NCBI RefSeq assembly: GCF_963921235.1
Contig: NC_086108.1
Coordinates: 95,790,001-95,854,000, forward strand
Reading direction: 5' to 3'
DNA length: 64,000 nt
DNA from: Mobula hypostoma
Taxonomy: Eukaryota
Shown: one piece after another, positions 1-13,049 of the stretch
Layout: the number at the start of each line of letters is the position of its first letter
Position numbering within the stretch: position 1 is the first letter of the stretch
The notes under the pieces: generated by a model
Seen by the model: only the letters and a program-made list of their open reading frames with translations
The model's database searches: none
Told to the model about the DNA's origin: nothing
Made by a program: the position numbers and the translations under genes

Positions 1-280
1 ATGTACATAAGCTGAGGTCTTCCTCTAGATTTACTCCCCTCAATCTTTCCAGAGAGTATGAGTTTTTCTAGTTCATCTTTCCGCATGACGTGTCCTAGGA
101 ATCTGAGTTGTCTTTCTCTTATTGTTAGTATGAGTGATCGAACTGCTTGGGTTCTTCTGAGAACTTTTTCATTTGATGTGTGTTGGTCCATGACATTTTT
201 AACATTCTCCTATTGAACCATAATTCAGCTGCTTCTAGTCTCTTTTCCATTGCTGGAGAAATGGTCCAGCATTCGCCTCC
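1..280 (-). mobile_element. RTE-clade LINE 3' ORF fragment
   Basis: Minus strand reads ECWTISPAMEKRLEAAELWFNRRMLKMSW...IRERQLRFLGHVMRKDELEKLILSGKIEGSKSRGRP, the typical RTE C-terminal region. Confidence 0.8.
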
Positions 281-322
281 AGTGCCTATACTACATTAAG
301 ATTTTGAGGAGGTCTGGTACAT

Positions 323-1247
323 CAGGGGTCCCCAACCTTTTTTGCACCGCGGACCGGTTTATTTTCTTGCAGACCGGCCAATCGGGGCGGGGTGGGGGGG
401 TTGCCAACGGACAAGAGTAGCAGTGAAATACATTGTGTTTACCCTGAGAAAGACTACCATGACCATGAAGCCTTGCGCGGGCACCTGTGTGCGCATGCGT
501 GTACATGCCGATTTTTTTTTCTACAAATCATTTTTGGCGATTCTGTTCCGTGAAACTACTGTACATACATTATTTCTACTTTATATAAGCTGTGTATTTA
601 TCATATCATTCCTGCTTTTACTATATGTTAGTGTTATTTTAGGTTTTGTGTATGAATAGGTGCATGAATATAGTGATAAGTCAATTATAAGTCACTTATA
701 AATCAAAAGCATCATAACATTTTAAATAACGTTTGGATATTAAACACACAGCACATATTTTCCCCGTATAAGCATATAAAATCATTGCAACACACCAATA
801 TCACTGAATCAGTGGGAGCCCTGGGCTTGTTTCCCTGCAACGAGATGGTGCCATCGAGGGGTGATGGGAGACAGCGATACTCGAAGGGGGTTCCTTACGT
901 CCAGTCTATTCCGCAATCTAGTTTTCATTGCATTCATTGCAGAAAACTCTGCTTGACAGTGATATGATGTTGGAAGTGGAAGCAAAGTTTTCAGTGCTTT
1001 CGTGGCTATCTCAGGATATTTAGCATTGACTTTGATCCAGAATGCCAGCAGAGATGTTATGTCAAACATACCTTTTCAGCCTGCCGTCATTTGCAAGCTC
1101 GAGGAGTTGATCTCCTTCCTGCGCTGACATGGATAACGCGTGCGTAATGACTTCGCGTGCATTCAAGCTCAATAGTGCGTGACAGGGAATGAGGACAGGT
1201 GCCGCTGACTCATATCGCCAAATCATATCGTTGGTTGGGGACCGCTG
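323..1247 (-). mobile_element. Non-autonomous hAT (Buster/Charlie-like) DNA transposon, copy 1
   Basis: TIR CAGGGGTCCCCAACC at 323 and GGTTGGGGACCGCTG ending 1247; perfect 8-bp TSD TGGTACAT (315-322, 1248-1255; nnnTAnnn); internal remnant of hAT C-terminal dimerisation domain (FWIKVNAKYPEIATKALKTLLP...QAQGSH, ORF 809..1069). Confidence 0.92.
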
Positions 1248-1459
1248 TGGTACATCACCAGAGGCTCAAGCAAATTGCTACCGATATATCGTGGACAGCA
1301 TTCTGATCGGTTGCATCACCATCTGGTATAGAGGCTCCACTGAACTGGACTGTCAGAGGCTTCAGAGGGTTGTCGAGCTAGGCAGCTCCATCAAGGGCAC
1401 AGGCACAAGCTTCCCCACCACAGGACATCTTCTAAAGGGGACATCCATTTATAGCAAAG

Positions 1460-2230
1460 ACATTATTAAACTGAAAAGAGTACAGATAAGATTTATGAGG
1501 ACGCTTCTGTGACGCAAAGAACTGAGTTACGGGAACAGAATTTTATTCCTTGGAACACAGGCGATTGAGGAATGACCTTACAGAGGTGTATAGCATTCAG
1601 AAGGGTGAACACACAGCCTTTATCTCCTGACTTGACTAGAGGGCATAGATTTAAAGTGAGAGGTGAAAGATTTAAGTCAAAGTAAAGTTTACTATCACAG
1701 TACATACATGTTACCATATACTACATTGAGACTCATTTTCTTGTAGGTATTTACAGGAAAATTAAAAAATACAATGGAATTTACAAAAAAAACTATAAAC
1801 AAAAAACTGACAAACAACCGATGTGCAAAAGACAAACTGCGCAAAATATATACTGGAATATATAAGGCATGAAGGGATGCGGGGAGAAAGCGGGAGATTG
1901 GGGCTGAGGAAAAGGGATCAGCCATGATGAAAAGGCGGAGCAGATTCGATGGGCCAAATGGCCTAACTCTGCTCCTATATCTTACGGTTAAGCATGAGTT
2001 ATATAGATTTAATAGAGACCTGAGGGGCAACTTCTTCAGGCAAAGGGTGTTGATTACATGGAATGAGCTGCCAAAGACAGTGATTTAGGCAGGTACAATA
2101 ACAACATTTAATAGGCATTTGGGTAAGTGCATAAATGGGAGGGGCTTAGAGGAACATGGGCCAAATGCAGGCAAATAGGACCAGCTTTATGGGCAAGTTG
2201 TCCTGAAGGGCCTATTTTCATGCAGTATTA
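1460..2230 (+). mobile_element. CR1 LINE 3' fragments with a nested minus-strand LINE tail
   Basis: RVQIRFMRTL-type C-terminal remnant, 'gagacctgaggggcaacttcttc', CR1-type 3' ends at ~1985 and ~2230. Confidence 0.7.
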
Positions 2231-3349
2231 CTTACGACTCAGTGATTCAACTGATCTCCAGATTAAACCGCCACCATGCACCACATTCACACGCTTAAAG
2301 GTCAAAGGTCCAATTTAATGTCAGAGAAATGTATACTATATATATCCTGAAAAGCTTTTTCTTCACAAAACATTCACAAAAACAGAGAAGTGCCCCACAG
2401 AATGAACGACAGTTTAAAAGTCCCCCCCCCCGCCGTGTGTAAGGGGCAGCAAGGCAATGATATAAAAATACCTCTCAACTATCAACAATTAAAATACCAC
2501 ATGCAATTTGAAAGGAACACTAAATAAAAAACAGATTCAGCACAAGTAATTGCCTCAGGCAGGTCCAATTCAGAGCTGTCTCACTAACTTTTGCACACCA
2601 ATTCCCCACAGGTGTCATTGAAGGATTACATAGAGCCTCCAAAAGAATAAAATTGTCTGTAATTTATTTATTAGGTGTGTTCTGAGCATTTTACTACTTT
2701 AAAGTTGTATTTATAAATCTATGTTGTTTCTTTTCTTAACTTATACACAGTGTCGTACAAAACTGTGATTTCTTCTACCTCTACATCACTAAAGTGTGGA
2801 AAGGAAAGGAACGGAACTTGATCCTTCTCTCGCCTGTCTGAGACCAGCATCCTTTACCATGCAAGCAACACACCATAGTGCACAAAATGTACGAGTGAAA
2901 GACGGAAAATGGTTATTAACGACATGGAATTTAAATATTTTGTTCAAGTATTCCACCACTCAAACAATTTCTGAACTTCATTAGGTATGAATGTGAAAAG
3001 CAAGAGTGTGATCCCAATATAAAATTATTTTACTTTAAAAAAAAATGCAACAAGAAATTATGTTATTCGGAAATTGAGTTTGGTGGATTTCTGAAGTCAG
3101 TATATTCCACATATCTGATGACACCAATTCCCAGATTGATTACTGGGGAATCGAAATGCAACTTGGATTTTGCACATGCACTAAGAGACAATTCTGCATC
3201 CCTGTTCAATACTTCTCTTCTAGCCCAAACAAATTAGAATCCTCAATCCGTGAAAAGATAAAACTGAAAAAATGTTGGAAATCGAAAATCAAAACGAAGA
3301 TGTGTGCAAACACTCTTGCAAATTTCTACAGATGTACAGACAGAAAAAC

Positions 3350-3730
3350 AAACTAGAGGGTTGTAGAGTTAACCAGCTCCATCATGGGCACAAGCCTCTC
3401 TACCACTGAGGACATCTTCAAAAGGCAGTACATCAAAGATGTCACGTCCATCATAAAGGACCCTCACCATCCAGGACATGCTCTCTTCTCATTACTACCA
3501 TCAGGGAGGAGATGATAGACCCACACAACGTTTTAGGAACAGCTTCTTCCCCTCCACTATCCCATTTCTGAACAGTCCATGAACACTACCTCACTAGTTT
3601 GCTCTTTTCTATACCATTTAAAAAAAATTTATCTTATTGTAAACTATAGCATTTTCAATGCATTCCACCGTACTGTTGTCCCAAAACAATAAATTTCACA
3701 ACATACGACAAAGATAATAAATCTGATTCC
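3350..3730 (+). mobile_element. Rex1/Babar-type LINE 3' fragment
   Basis: 'atcataaaggaccctcaccatccaggacatgctctcttctcattactaccatcaggg' (IKDPHHPGHALFSLLPSG) plus AATAAA tail. Confidence 0.75.
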
Positions 3731-4614
3731 AAAATGCTGCAAATAACCAAAAGGTCAGGCAGCATCTGGGGAACAAGAAACAGTCATCTTACTAAGTCAT
3801 GGAAAGCATTAATACTTTTTATATCTAAAAATGCTGACTCACCTAAGTACTTTTACTCGTTTCAGTCTCATTATATTCTAAACCCATGTTGGCTACTATG
3901 ACAATTTGAAGTATCAACTGGCTTTTTAAAAATGTGGGAAAGCTGTTTGCTACAGCCCTCCCTTCATCTCATTGCAAGAAGGTGGCTCCCTTGACACAGC
4001 TTCTAATTTATTCTTCCAGTCCATATCCCTTGTACAGTATGCTAGTTGAGGATGTTCCAGACACAAAGGAGCCTTGTGTTCAACCACCTTGAGGTAGGGG
4101 AAGTGAGAAATCCCTCGCTCTTCAGTATCACCTCAGCCAACAAACTATGAGAAGTGTTATTAAACATTAGCAGATACACTGCATTTAGCATATCTAGACT
4201 AGTTTATCTCTGAACAATTCCCCTGATAAAGACAAGTTAGGGAAAATAAATGACTGTTCTCACAAAAATGGATGTTCTATTCAGCAAGCTTTGGGAAGCA
4301 AATAGACTGTTGGCTTCCAACTCTGATGTACAGAGTGGATGCCCTGTGTCAGAAGGTGGTGAACTTTTAGAATTCTCTATAACACCTGAAGAAGTTCAGC
4401 CATTGAATATTTTCAGGACAGATGAATAGATTTGTATGAAAGTTTTAAGGAAGGATCACTGACCCAAAATGTTGACTCATTTCTCCTTCCACAAATGCTG
4501 CATTCTTCTAGCATTTGTGTTTTTTGTGTCAGTAAGTGTTTTGATATGAAAGGAATCAAGGGATGCAGGACTAGTGCAAAGGTGAAAGAATTGTGGCAAA
4601 GGTACAAGAGGCTC

Positions 4615-5195
4615 AAAGTTCCGCCGCAAAAGTTAGCATCTCTCGGTGGATACCCATTTCAGTTTGACCTCCCATTTCCATTCTGATACGTCTGTCCACA
4701 GCCTCCTCTACTGCCATGATGAGGCCAAACTCAGGTTGGAAGAACAACACCTCTGGGTGGCCTCTAACCAGATGGCATGAATATCGATTTCCCCAACTTC
4801 CATTAATCTCTTCCCTCTCCATCCTCTTCTCTTTCTATTCCCTATCTGGCTCCCCTCTCACCTTTCCTCTTCTCCACCTGCAAATCAGCTCCATCTGGTT
4901 CCCCTCCTTGCTTCCATTCTTCCATGGTCCACTATCCTCTCCAATCTAATTCATCGTTCTTCAGCCTTTTACTTCTTCAACCTATCCCCTCCCAGCTTCT
5001 CACAATATCCATCCTCCCTCACCCACCCCCTTACCTGGTCTCACCTATCACTTGTTATCATGTGCCCCTTCCCCTCCCCCACCTTCTGCTCCCTTCCTTT
5101 CCAGTTCTGATGAAGGGTCTTGACCCCAAACATCAACTGTTTATCGCGCTCCATAGGCTGCCAACTCGGTGAGCTCCTCCAACATTTTGTGTGTG
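4615..5195 (+). mobile_element. Penelope-like element 3' end (GIY-YIG tail and pLTR with hammerhead-like motif)
   Basis: 'gatgaggccaaactcaggttggaagaacaacacctc' (..LRLEEQHL..), pyrimidine-rich UTR, CTGATGAAGGGTCTTGACCCCAAAC at ~5107. Confidence 0.75.
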
Positions 5196-5954
5196 AGGCC
5201 CAATGGTCTACTCCTGCTTCTGTTTTTTTTAATGCTATGTCGCATTGCTTTGGAGGAACCACTTGGCAATTCACTCGCCAATGTGTCCAACTGAGTAGGG
5301 TCAGTTCAAAATCAGCTGGACAGGATCCAGAAGTGCTGGGACAAGTGAAGCAAATACTTCAAATGCAGCCACCAAGCTGGTCTTGGAACAAGTGCTGGCT
5401 GTAGCCAATTCCTTAAATAGATGTTGAAGCATCCCAAGACGAGAATGTTTGCTTCTGTGACAATTCCACATTTAGATGAAATATTGAGACACAAAAGACT
5501 GCAGACACTGGAAATCCACAGCAACACACAAAGCCCTGGAGGAACTCACCAGGTCAGGGTATCTACGACCAGGATTGGACAGTCAACGTTTCTGGATGAG
5601 ATCTTTCTAAACTTAATGCTGACAAATGTAACGCAATCAAAATACAGAACACAGAACATAAGCAAATATGATCAGCTATGAGCAAGAGCAGATTATCAGG
5701 CCCTACCAGCTTGTTGTTGGCAGAATCTCAGATGATGACTAGAAGGCATAGAGCAGTGAGATATATTGGCTGGTTGAGTGGTAATAACAATAATCTTGTA
5801 CTCATTGTCAGCATGACCACAGAATTGATTGTGGATGTCAGGAAGAGGAAAATGGGAGAAAACACACCAATCCTCATTGAGTGTCAGTGGTAGAAAGTGT
5901 GAGCAGCTTCAATTTACTGGGTGCCAACATCTCTGAGGATCTATCCTGGGGACA

Positions 5955-8900
5955 AGATTCAAGATTCAAGATTCAAAAAACTTTATTGTCATTCTAACCA
6001 TACATCAGCTCTGCAGGGCAGAATGAGACAGCGTTTCCCAGGAGCAGTGCATTCATAACATAAGAAACACAACACTAAATAATAAACATAACAATAAATA
6101 GTAAAACGCAACAGCCACATGTCAGTTAAAATCAAGCTATAAGTGTCCAGTGCAAGTTAAAAGTGTCCAAAGCAGAGTCAGGTAGAGCAGCTATTTAGCA
6201 GTCTGACTGTCTGTGGGAGGAAGCTATTTAGTAGCCTTGCAGTTTTAGTTTTGATGCTCCTGTAACGTTTGCCTGATGGCAGAAGAACAAACAGTTCATG
6301 GAGAGGGTGTGAGGGGTCTTTAATGATGTACCGTGTCTTCTGGAGACATCGACTCTGAAAGAGGTCTTGGACAGAAGGTAGGGAGACCCCAATAACCTTC
6401 TCTGCTCCCCTCACCACCCTCTGCAAGGCTTTTTTGTCGACAGCACTGCAACTGGAGTACCAGGTTGTGATGCAAAAGGTCAGCACACTCTCAACCACGT
6501 CTCTGTAGAATATAGTTAAGATGTTAGTGGGGAGTGATGCTTGTTTAAGCTTCCTCAGAAAGTGCAATCTCTGCTGGGCCCATTTGACAACCCCAGTGGT
6601 GTTCCTGGACCAGGTGAGATTGTCCGAGATCTGCACCCCAAGGAACTTGATGTTTTCCACTCTCTCCACTGTGGAGCCGCTGATGTTGAGGGGTGTGTGC
6701 TCAGGCTGAGACCGTCTGAAATCGACGATCATCTCCTTGGTTTTGGTGACATTAAGCGTCAAGTTGTTATCCCTGCACCAGCTCTCTAGGTGTTTGACCT
6801 CCTCCCTGTACATTGTTTCATCATTTTTGCTGATGAGCCCCACCACTGTGGTATCATCTGCAAATTTAATGATCAGGTTCTCCTTGAATCTGGCTGCACA
6901 GTCATGTGTTAGCAGTGTAAACAGCAATGGGCTAAGCACACAGCCTTGTGGGGATCCAGTGCTCAGTGTGATGGAGTCAGAGATGTTCCTGCCAACACAG
7001 ACTGACTGTGGTCTCTCCGTCAAGAAATCCGGAATCCAGCGACACATGGCAGTGCTAAGGCCAAGCAGCGGCAGTTTCTCCTCTAGTCTCTGCGGGATGA
7101 TGGTATTGAACGCTGAACTGAAATCAATGTACAGGATTCTGGCATAAGTGTCTTTGTTGTCCAAGTGAGAGAGAACTGTGTGCAGTGTGGTGGATATTGC
7201 ATCCTCCGTACAGTGATTTGGACGATAAGCAAACTGTAGAGGATCCAGTGATGAGGGGAGGCTGGCTGTGATATGAGGCTTGACAAGCCGTTCAAAACAT
7301 TTCATCACTATGGGGGTCAGGGCAACGGGACGGTAAGCATTCAGACAGACTACAACTGGTTTCTTTGCTACAGGAATGATTGTGGAGTTTTGAAGCATCT
7401 GGGGACAATGGCTTGACTAAGGGAGATGTTAAAAATGTCTGTCAGGACATCTGCTAATACATCAGCACATTCCTTGAGCACACATCCAGGGACGTTGTCG
7501 GGACCTCCAGCTTTTCGTGGGTTGACCCTGGCAAGGGTCCTCCGTGTTTGCTCTGGATCAATGATTGGAGCCGGCTGGTCAGATGGTAAAAAGGGACTGG
7601 CTGTCCCCCTTGCTGTAGTGTTTGATGCTTCGAAGCCTGCAAAGAAATTGTTAAGCCTGTCTGGAAGAGAGGCGTCGCTGTCATCAGTTTTCTGCCTGAT
7701 CTTATAGTCTGTCAGAGCTTTAATTCCCTGCCACATCCATCTGGTGTCACCTGTGTCACAGAAGTGTCCATGTATTTTGCCCGCGTAGGCCCTTTTCGCT
7801 TTCCTGATCCCTAGTGAAAGCACAGACCTGGCTGAGCAAAGCGCACTCCTGTCCCCCGACCTGTAGGCTGTCACGGGCCTTCAGTAGTGAACACACCTCT
7901 GTTATCATCCATGGCTTTTTATAACCACATGTGGTGAAGGTTTTCATCACAGTGACATCCTCCGTGCATTTGGCTATGTAGCTGATTACTGCCTCCGCAT
8001 ACCCCTCAATGTCTGTATGGTCGTCATAGGAGGCTGCTGTTTTGAATATGTCCCAGTCTGTGTGCAAAAAAACAGTCTTGTAGTGCTGAGGCTGCTCCTT
8101 TTGGCCAGACCCTTATCTCTCTTTTCTCTGCTCTCACACGTTTAAGCAGAGGTTTATATGCTGGTGTTAGCATAACAGATATGTGGTCAGAGTGGCCAAG
8201 ATGGGGGCGGGGGGCTGCTTTGTATGCCTGTGATGTGTTGGTATAAACCAAGTCCAGTGTGTTGTCTCTCCTGGTTTTGAAATCCACATATTGCAGGAAT
8301 TTGGGGAACGCAGTCTTTAAGCTGGTGTGGTTAAAGTCCCCAGCAATCACCACGAAGCTGTCAGGATGTGTAGTCAGTAGCTCACTGATGGCTTCATGTA
8401 GGCCTCCCAGTGCTTCGTTAACATTAGCCTTAGCATTGGCACTGGGAGCTACGTAAACAGCTGCCACAAGCATGATGGTGAATTCCCTCGGCAGATAGAA
8501 CGGCCGGCATTTCACAATGAGAAATTCAGCCAGTGGTGAGCAGTGTTTAGCAGCTACTGAAGCGTTCACACACCAGTCTTTGTTTATATAAATACACAGA
8601 CCTCCTCCTCGGCTCTTACCGGAGCTAGCTACCTCCCTGTCCGCACGAAACGATGTCATTCCCTCCAGCTGTATCGCCGCGTCTGGTATGTTGTCATGGA
8701 GCCAGGATTCCGTTAAGACATACATACAGCAGTCTTTAAATTCCTTGAGTGTTTCTCTCAGCAGACGCAGCTCATCCAGCTTGTTGTCGATGGAGCGGAC
8801 ATTTGAGAGCAGGAGGGATGATACCGCTGGCCTGGTGGGGTTAGCTTTTAGCCTAGCATGGATGCCAGCCCTCTTACCCCTCCTCTGTCTTCTCTCACAG

Positions 8901-9136
8901 AGCTTTCGCTTCCTCCTCCCTCGGGAAGCAGCCGGCTTGGTAGCGGATAGTCGTCCGTAGCGGTGTAAACTGTCCATGTCACAACAGAACTCATCAGTTT
9001 TTCTGACATAGTATGCCCTGACGTTAACGAGCATATTCCGACTGTATGTTATGCGTCTAGGGCAAACAGAAGAAACACTAGATACACTTATCACTCCCCG
9101 AGGGCCCGCTGCGTCAATGCGCGCCGCCATCTTAAA
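5955..9136 (-). mobile_element. Near full-length Rex1/Babar non-LTR retrotransposon (APE endonuclease + RT), frameshifted
   Basis: ORF pieces 8024..9130 (APE: SNVRSIDNKLDEL, LTESWL, AGDFN, SDH), 7756..8067, 7368..7874, 6178..7398 (RT: [29 protein letters not shown]); AATAAA + (TTGAATC)n tail; probable TSD GACA (5951-5954, 9137-9140); inserted into an older Rex1-like fragment (~5740-5950 and ~9141-10030, +). Confidence 0.93.
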
Positions 9137-9498
9137 GACACATATTGACGCAGGTCAGTGGCTATACTTCATTCAGAGCTTGAGGAGATCTGGTATAATC
9201 ACCAAAGACACTAGCAAGTATTTACAAATGTATCGCAGAGAACATTCTGACTGGTTGCAAGAATGCACAGGATCGAAGGAGGCTACAGAGGATTGTAGAC
9301 TTAGCCAACTCCATCATGGGCACAAGCCTCCTCACCGAGGACATCTTCAAAAAGACAATGCCTCTGGAAGGTGGGATCTATCATGAAGGACTCTCACCAT
9401 CTGGGACACCCCTTTTTCTCTTTAGTATCACCAGGGAGGTGGTACAGGAGCCTGGAGATCCACAACCAGTTTTCAGAATAGTATCTTCCCCTCTCCTC

Positions 9499-9872
9499 CA
9501 AGAGGATCACAACCTCGTTATGGTTGCATGCCTCATTGACCCAGACAGCTATGTTTATGCTTTTTCTCTTGGCAGGTCAAAGGGCAGAGGATAGACTAAA
9601 AGTGGTCCACAGGCCCTCCAGGTTCGGGGGTTCAGCACAGGGCTAACAACCTTGATTGGCAAAACAAAATTGTTACAGAAACAGCTGCGAAGAATCCTTC
9701 TACATCTGAGTGCAGTGGCACTCCTGAGTCTCCACATGGGACTTGCATGACTGAGAGTAATGAAAATCAAGAGGAAGCTACTGACATGATAAATGAAGCC
9801 ATGAACGCTGCCAGAGATGGGGGACCTTCACTACTGCCCTAAACTCCAGCGGCGTAACAGGCAGTGAGTAAT
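9499..9872 (+). mobile_element. Non-autonomous RTE-derived short element
   Basis: TSD CCTCTCCTC (9490-9498, 9873-9881); RTE-like 5' UTR motifs; second family member at ~36610-36952 on the minus strand. Confidence 0.7.
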
Positions 9873-10864
9873 CCTCTCCTCTGCCATCAGATTTCACCAT
9901 TCTTCTTTTGCACTATTTATTTTTTATTGCTCCTGAAGTAATTTTTTAATGTTTACACTGTACTGCTGCCACAAAACAACACGTTTCATGACATATGTCA
10001 GAGATAATAAACCTGATTCCGATTCAAATATCAAGCTCATGTTTTCCCTCCAAACTCAGGAGCTTGGCCATAAAACACAAGAACAAACACAGCACATTGC
10101 ATTTCTGGACTACAAACTTCAAAATGACTGCAATGAGTTTGCACTTTGACAGATTTACTTTTGCAGTCACCCTGCAGAATTCATAACTAGTGTATTACAG
10201 TCTGCACTCACTCATCAAGTAGTGGAGCACTAGTCTTCCCCAAGTTAACTTTGTAGATGATAACGATGATGAAGAAAACAAACAAATACAAGGCCAGGAC
10301 ACTTTGCCACTGCTATTAAAAGGGAGAAAATTGCATGCCTCATCTGAGAAGCATCCCCCAATCACCGCAAAGCAAGTAACTTGAATTATTATCACAAAAT
10401 GAATCACATTGTTTTCCAATTGAAATTAAAACTGAATATAGGCAATACTGTACAGGTCAGACAGCCTCTGTGGAGAGAGAAACAAAGTCAACTTCTGGGT
10501 CAAAGACATTTCATCAGGACTAAGTTAGAATACAAGTATGTTTTAGATTGCAGAAAGTGGAGGGCTGGAAAGAATGAAAGGAGTAAGACATTGGAGCAGA
10601 ATTAGACCATTTGGCCCATCAAGTCTGTTCTGCCATGATTTATTCTGATCAGCCATGATGGAATGGCGATCATATGTCATAAGGTGGATAAAATGAATGG
10701 GAAGTCTCATTCAATAGCTGCTGATTTTTCACCTTTTGATTGTTGCTTTCACAAGAATATCCTTGTATGAGAATGTCCCAATTACATCAAAATCACACCT
10801 AAAGAACCAACTAATGTACGTATTCAGAAAATAAGCTGACAACAAAACTGGCTTTAGTAATTCT

Positions 10865-11150
10865 ACTTGTCATGTGTACACTGAGACATACAGTGAAACA
10901 CATCAGTTGGGTCAACAATCAACACAGTCCAAAGATGTGCTGGGAGTAGCCTGCAAGTGTTGGCGTACTTCTGGCACCAACATAGGATGCCCACAGCTCG
11001 CTAATCCTAACCTACAAGTCTTTGGAATGTCGGAGGGAACCAAAGCACAGAGAAGACCCACATGGGGAGAAAATACAAGCTCCTTACAGCCAGCAGGGTG
11101 AATTAAACCCCTATAATTGGCACTGTAAATAGTTTCACTAACCATTGTAA
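10865..11150 (-). mobile_element. tRNA-derived V-SINE, LINE(Rex1)-type tail
   Basis: Similarity to the better preserved copy at 48165-48485. Confidence 0.6.
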
Positions 11151-12210
11151 TTTGTCTGTACATATTCTGAAAGAGAACTTAAAAGAAATTTACAGCAGGA
11201 CCTGCATTTTTACATACAAATAATAGAAAACACCAGCGACTATTAAAGCTAGTTAAAATTTGCCAGAAATCTTACAAACAGGAAGGAAACTCTTAAGGGA
11301 CTTTAGTTTTAGTAGCAAGCAGCATGACATGGCAAGTGCGGATTTAGGGATTCTCAACAAAATAAAGTGTTCGCAATAAGAACACAGGCAACAATTGTTG
11401 CAGCCCTCCAACTTCTGGACAGTATTGTGAGAGACTCAAGGCCAACAGGTTTGACCATGCTGTATTATCGAATACAGAACAGCTGTTTGGGTTTTTCAGT
11501 GAACAGGAGATTATAAGGAAAAGAAACATAAGGGAGAGCAGAAATTACTTGAAGTGCTTTACCCACCGTCTGCTTTGGATGCATTTCAAACTCACAAGAA
11601 ATTGTAGTCTATTGAAAAAGATGAAAAGTAAAACTCATCTCTAGATAAAACCTGATGATTAGTGTGTTTGTAACTTATTAACTGTAAATTTATTAATTAT
11701 AAATTTATTAACTAATCATTCATTACTGCTAATATTTTGCTCAAGCGTGAATAGTATTGAAAAAGAGGTGATAATATCTCAAATAGTACGATTTTACATC
11801 TTCTATTCTGATGAGATTGTAGGCACGCTCTATTAGCTGCAGAATGTGTGGTGACATTTGTGGGCTGCCCCCACCACAACCTTGGGTGCCTTGGTTGTTA
11901 ATACATATTACTGCACGTTTTGATGTGCATGTAATAAGTAAATCTGAATTTTTATCAGTCGCTCTTCATGCACAAAACTAATCACTGCAAGACCAGCAAT
12001 GTTCGAAAGTAGTTTTGGACTATAAAGTATTGTGGCATGAGCTAAGGTTGCCAAAAAATGAATCCTATACAAACTGGATCCTCTACAGTCTGAAACTTAA
12101 ATGCAGTTGGAGCAACCCTGGAAGTAGCATTGATAATCAGCTTAAATACACATCCAAGACAAATCTCCCACACACACCCAACATATACCACAATTGTTAG
12201 AAACACTTAC

Positions 12211-12411
12211 TGCAAGTAGTATTTAAACTGTGAAGGTTTGAAATTCTCCACACGGATGACTGTTGGACAGTTCTCGTCTTCTTTCACCTGCTTTCCATAC
12301 ACTCTCGAAAGAAACTCTGGTGCCCTTGCAAGCAGCACTGCTTTATGGGCCTTGAAGACAGCTGCACCCACTTGGAATGTGATATCTGCTTGATTTCCTT
12401 CTACAAGAAGC
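12211..12411 (-). CDS. BTBD8: BTB/POZ domain-containing protein 8, second coding exon (first BTB domain)
   Basis: LLVEGNQADITFQVGAAVFKAHKAVLLARAPEF...VENFKPSQFKYYLQ matches BTBD8 BTB1; acceptor tttcaaaag before 12411, donor gtaagt after 12211; 201 nt, phase 2-2, in frame with upstream exon. Confidence 0.93.
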
Positions 12412-12651
12412 CTTTTGAAAACAAAAGAAAATTTGTATTGGATGCTGGACTCCATCAAGTTTCCAAATAAAACTGCTTTTACCAACTTGCTCCTGGAGCT
12501 CTTTGTATTCAAACAACACTGTTGAGTAGCTGTTGAAATATTTCTTTTACAATCAAGTATACTTCCAAACACAACAAAGTACTAAAGTTTAAGATGGCAA
12601 TAATCCAAAGAACAACTGGATCCCTATATTACCAGATGAAATGAGAAAGTT

Positions 12652-12868
12652 ACACGCACAAAATGCTGGAGGAACTCAGCAGGTCACCCAGCATCTATGG
12701 AAAGGTATAAAAGTTTGACATTTCGGGCCAAGACCCTTCATCAGGACTCTCAATCTGAAACAACGTCTCTATTCATTTCAATAGATGCTGCCTGAACTGC
12801 TGAGCTGCTCCAGCATTTTGTGTGCGTTACTCTAGTTATCCAGCATCTGCAGAATCTTGTGTTTATGA
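12652..12868. mobile_element. Fold-back Penelope-derived mini-element
   Basis: ~50-bp inverted arms (12652-12700, 12778-12826) around a minus-strand CTGATGAAGGGTCTTGGCCCGAAA motif; flanks TGAGAAAGTT / TGAGAAAATT resemble a TSD. Confidence 0.75.
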
Positions 12869-13049
12869 CTGAGAAAATTTGTACAAAGGCATTTCAAAAC
12901 GCTTGAGAACTAATAATTATTACTAGTCTTATCAGTTTTACCTTTGCTTTAACCTTACCTATGAAGTGCAAGTTCAAAGAAAATTTATTATCAAAGTACA
13001 CATATGTCACCATATGCTACACTGCTACTCACTTTCTTGTGCGCATTCA

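Noticed and set aside
809-1069. Domesticated ZBED/SCAND-type gene
   Set aside because: Only a C-terminal fragment inside TIR/TSD-bounded multi-copy elements
10235-10380. Acidic peptide-like frame LPQVNFVDDNDDEENK on plus strand
   Set aside because: No start or splice context, antisense to BTBD8 intron, no homology recognised
10733-10798. Candidate next BTBD8 exon (ag...gt, open in the right phase: CDFDVIGTFSYKDILVKATIK)
   Set aside because: No similarity to the expected BTBD8 continuation and weak donor; true next exon probably lies outside the window
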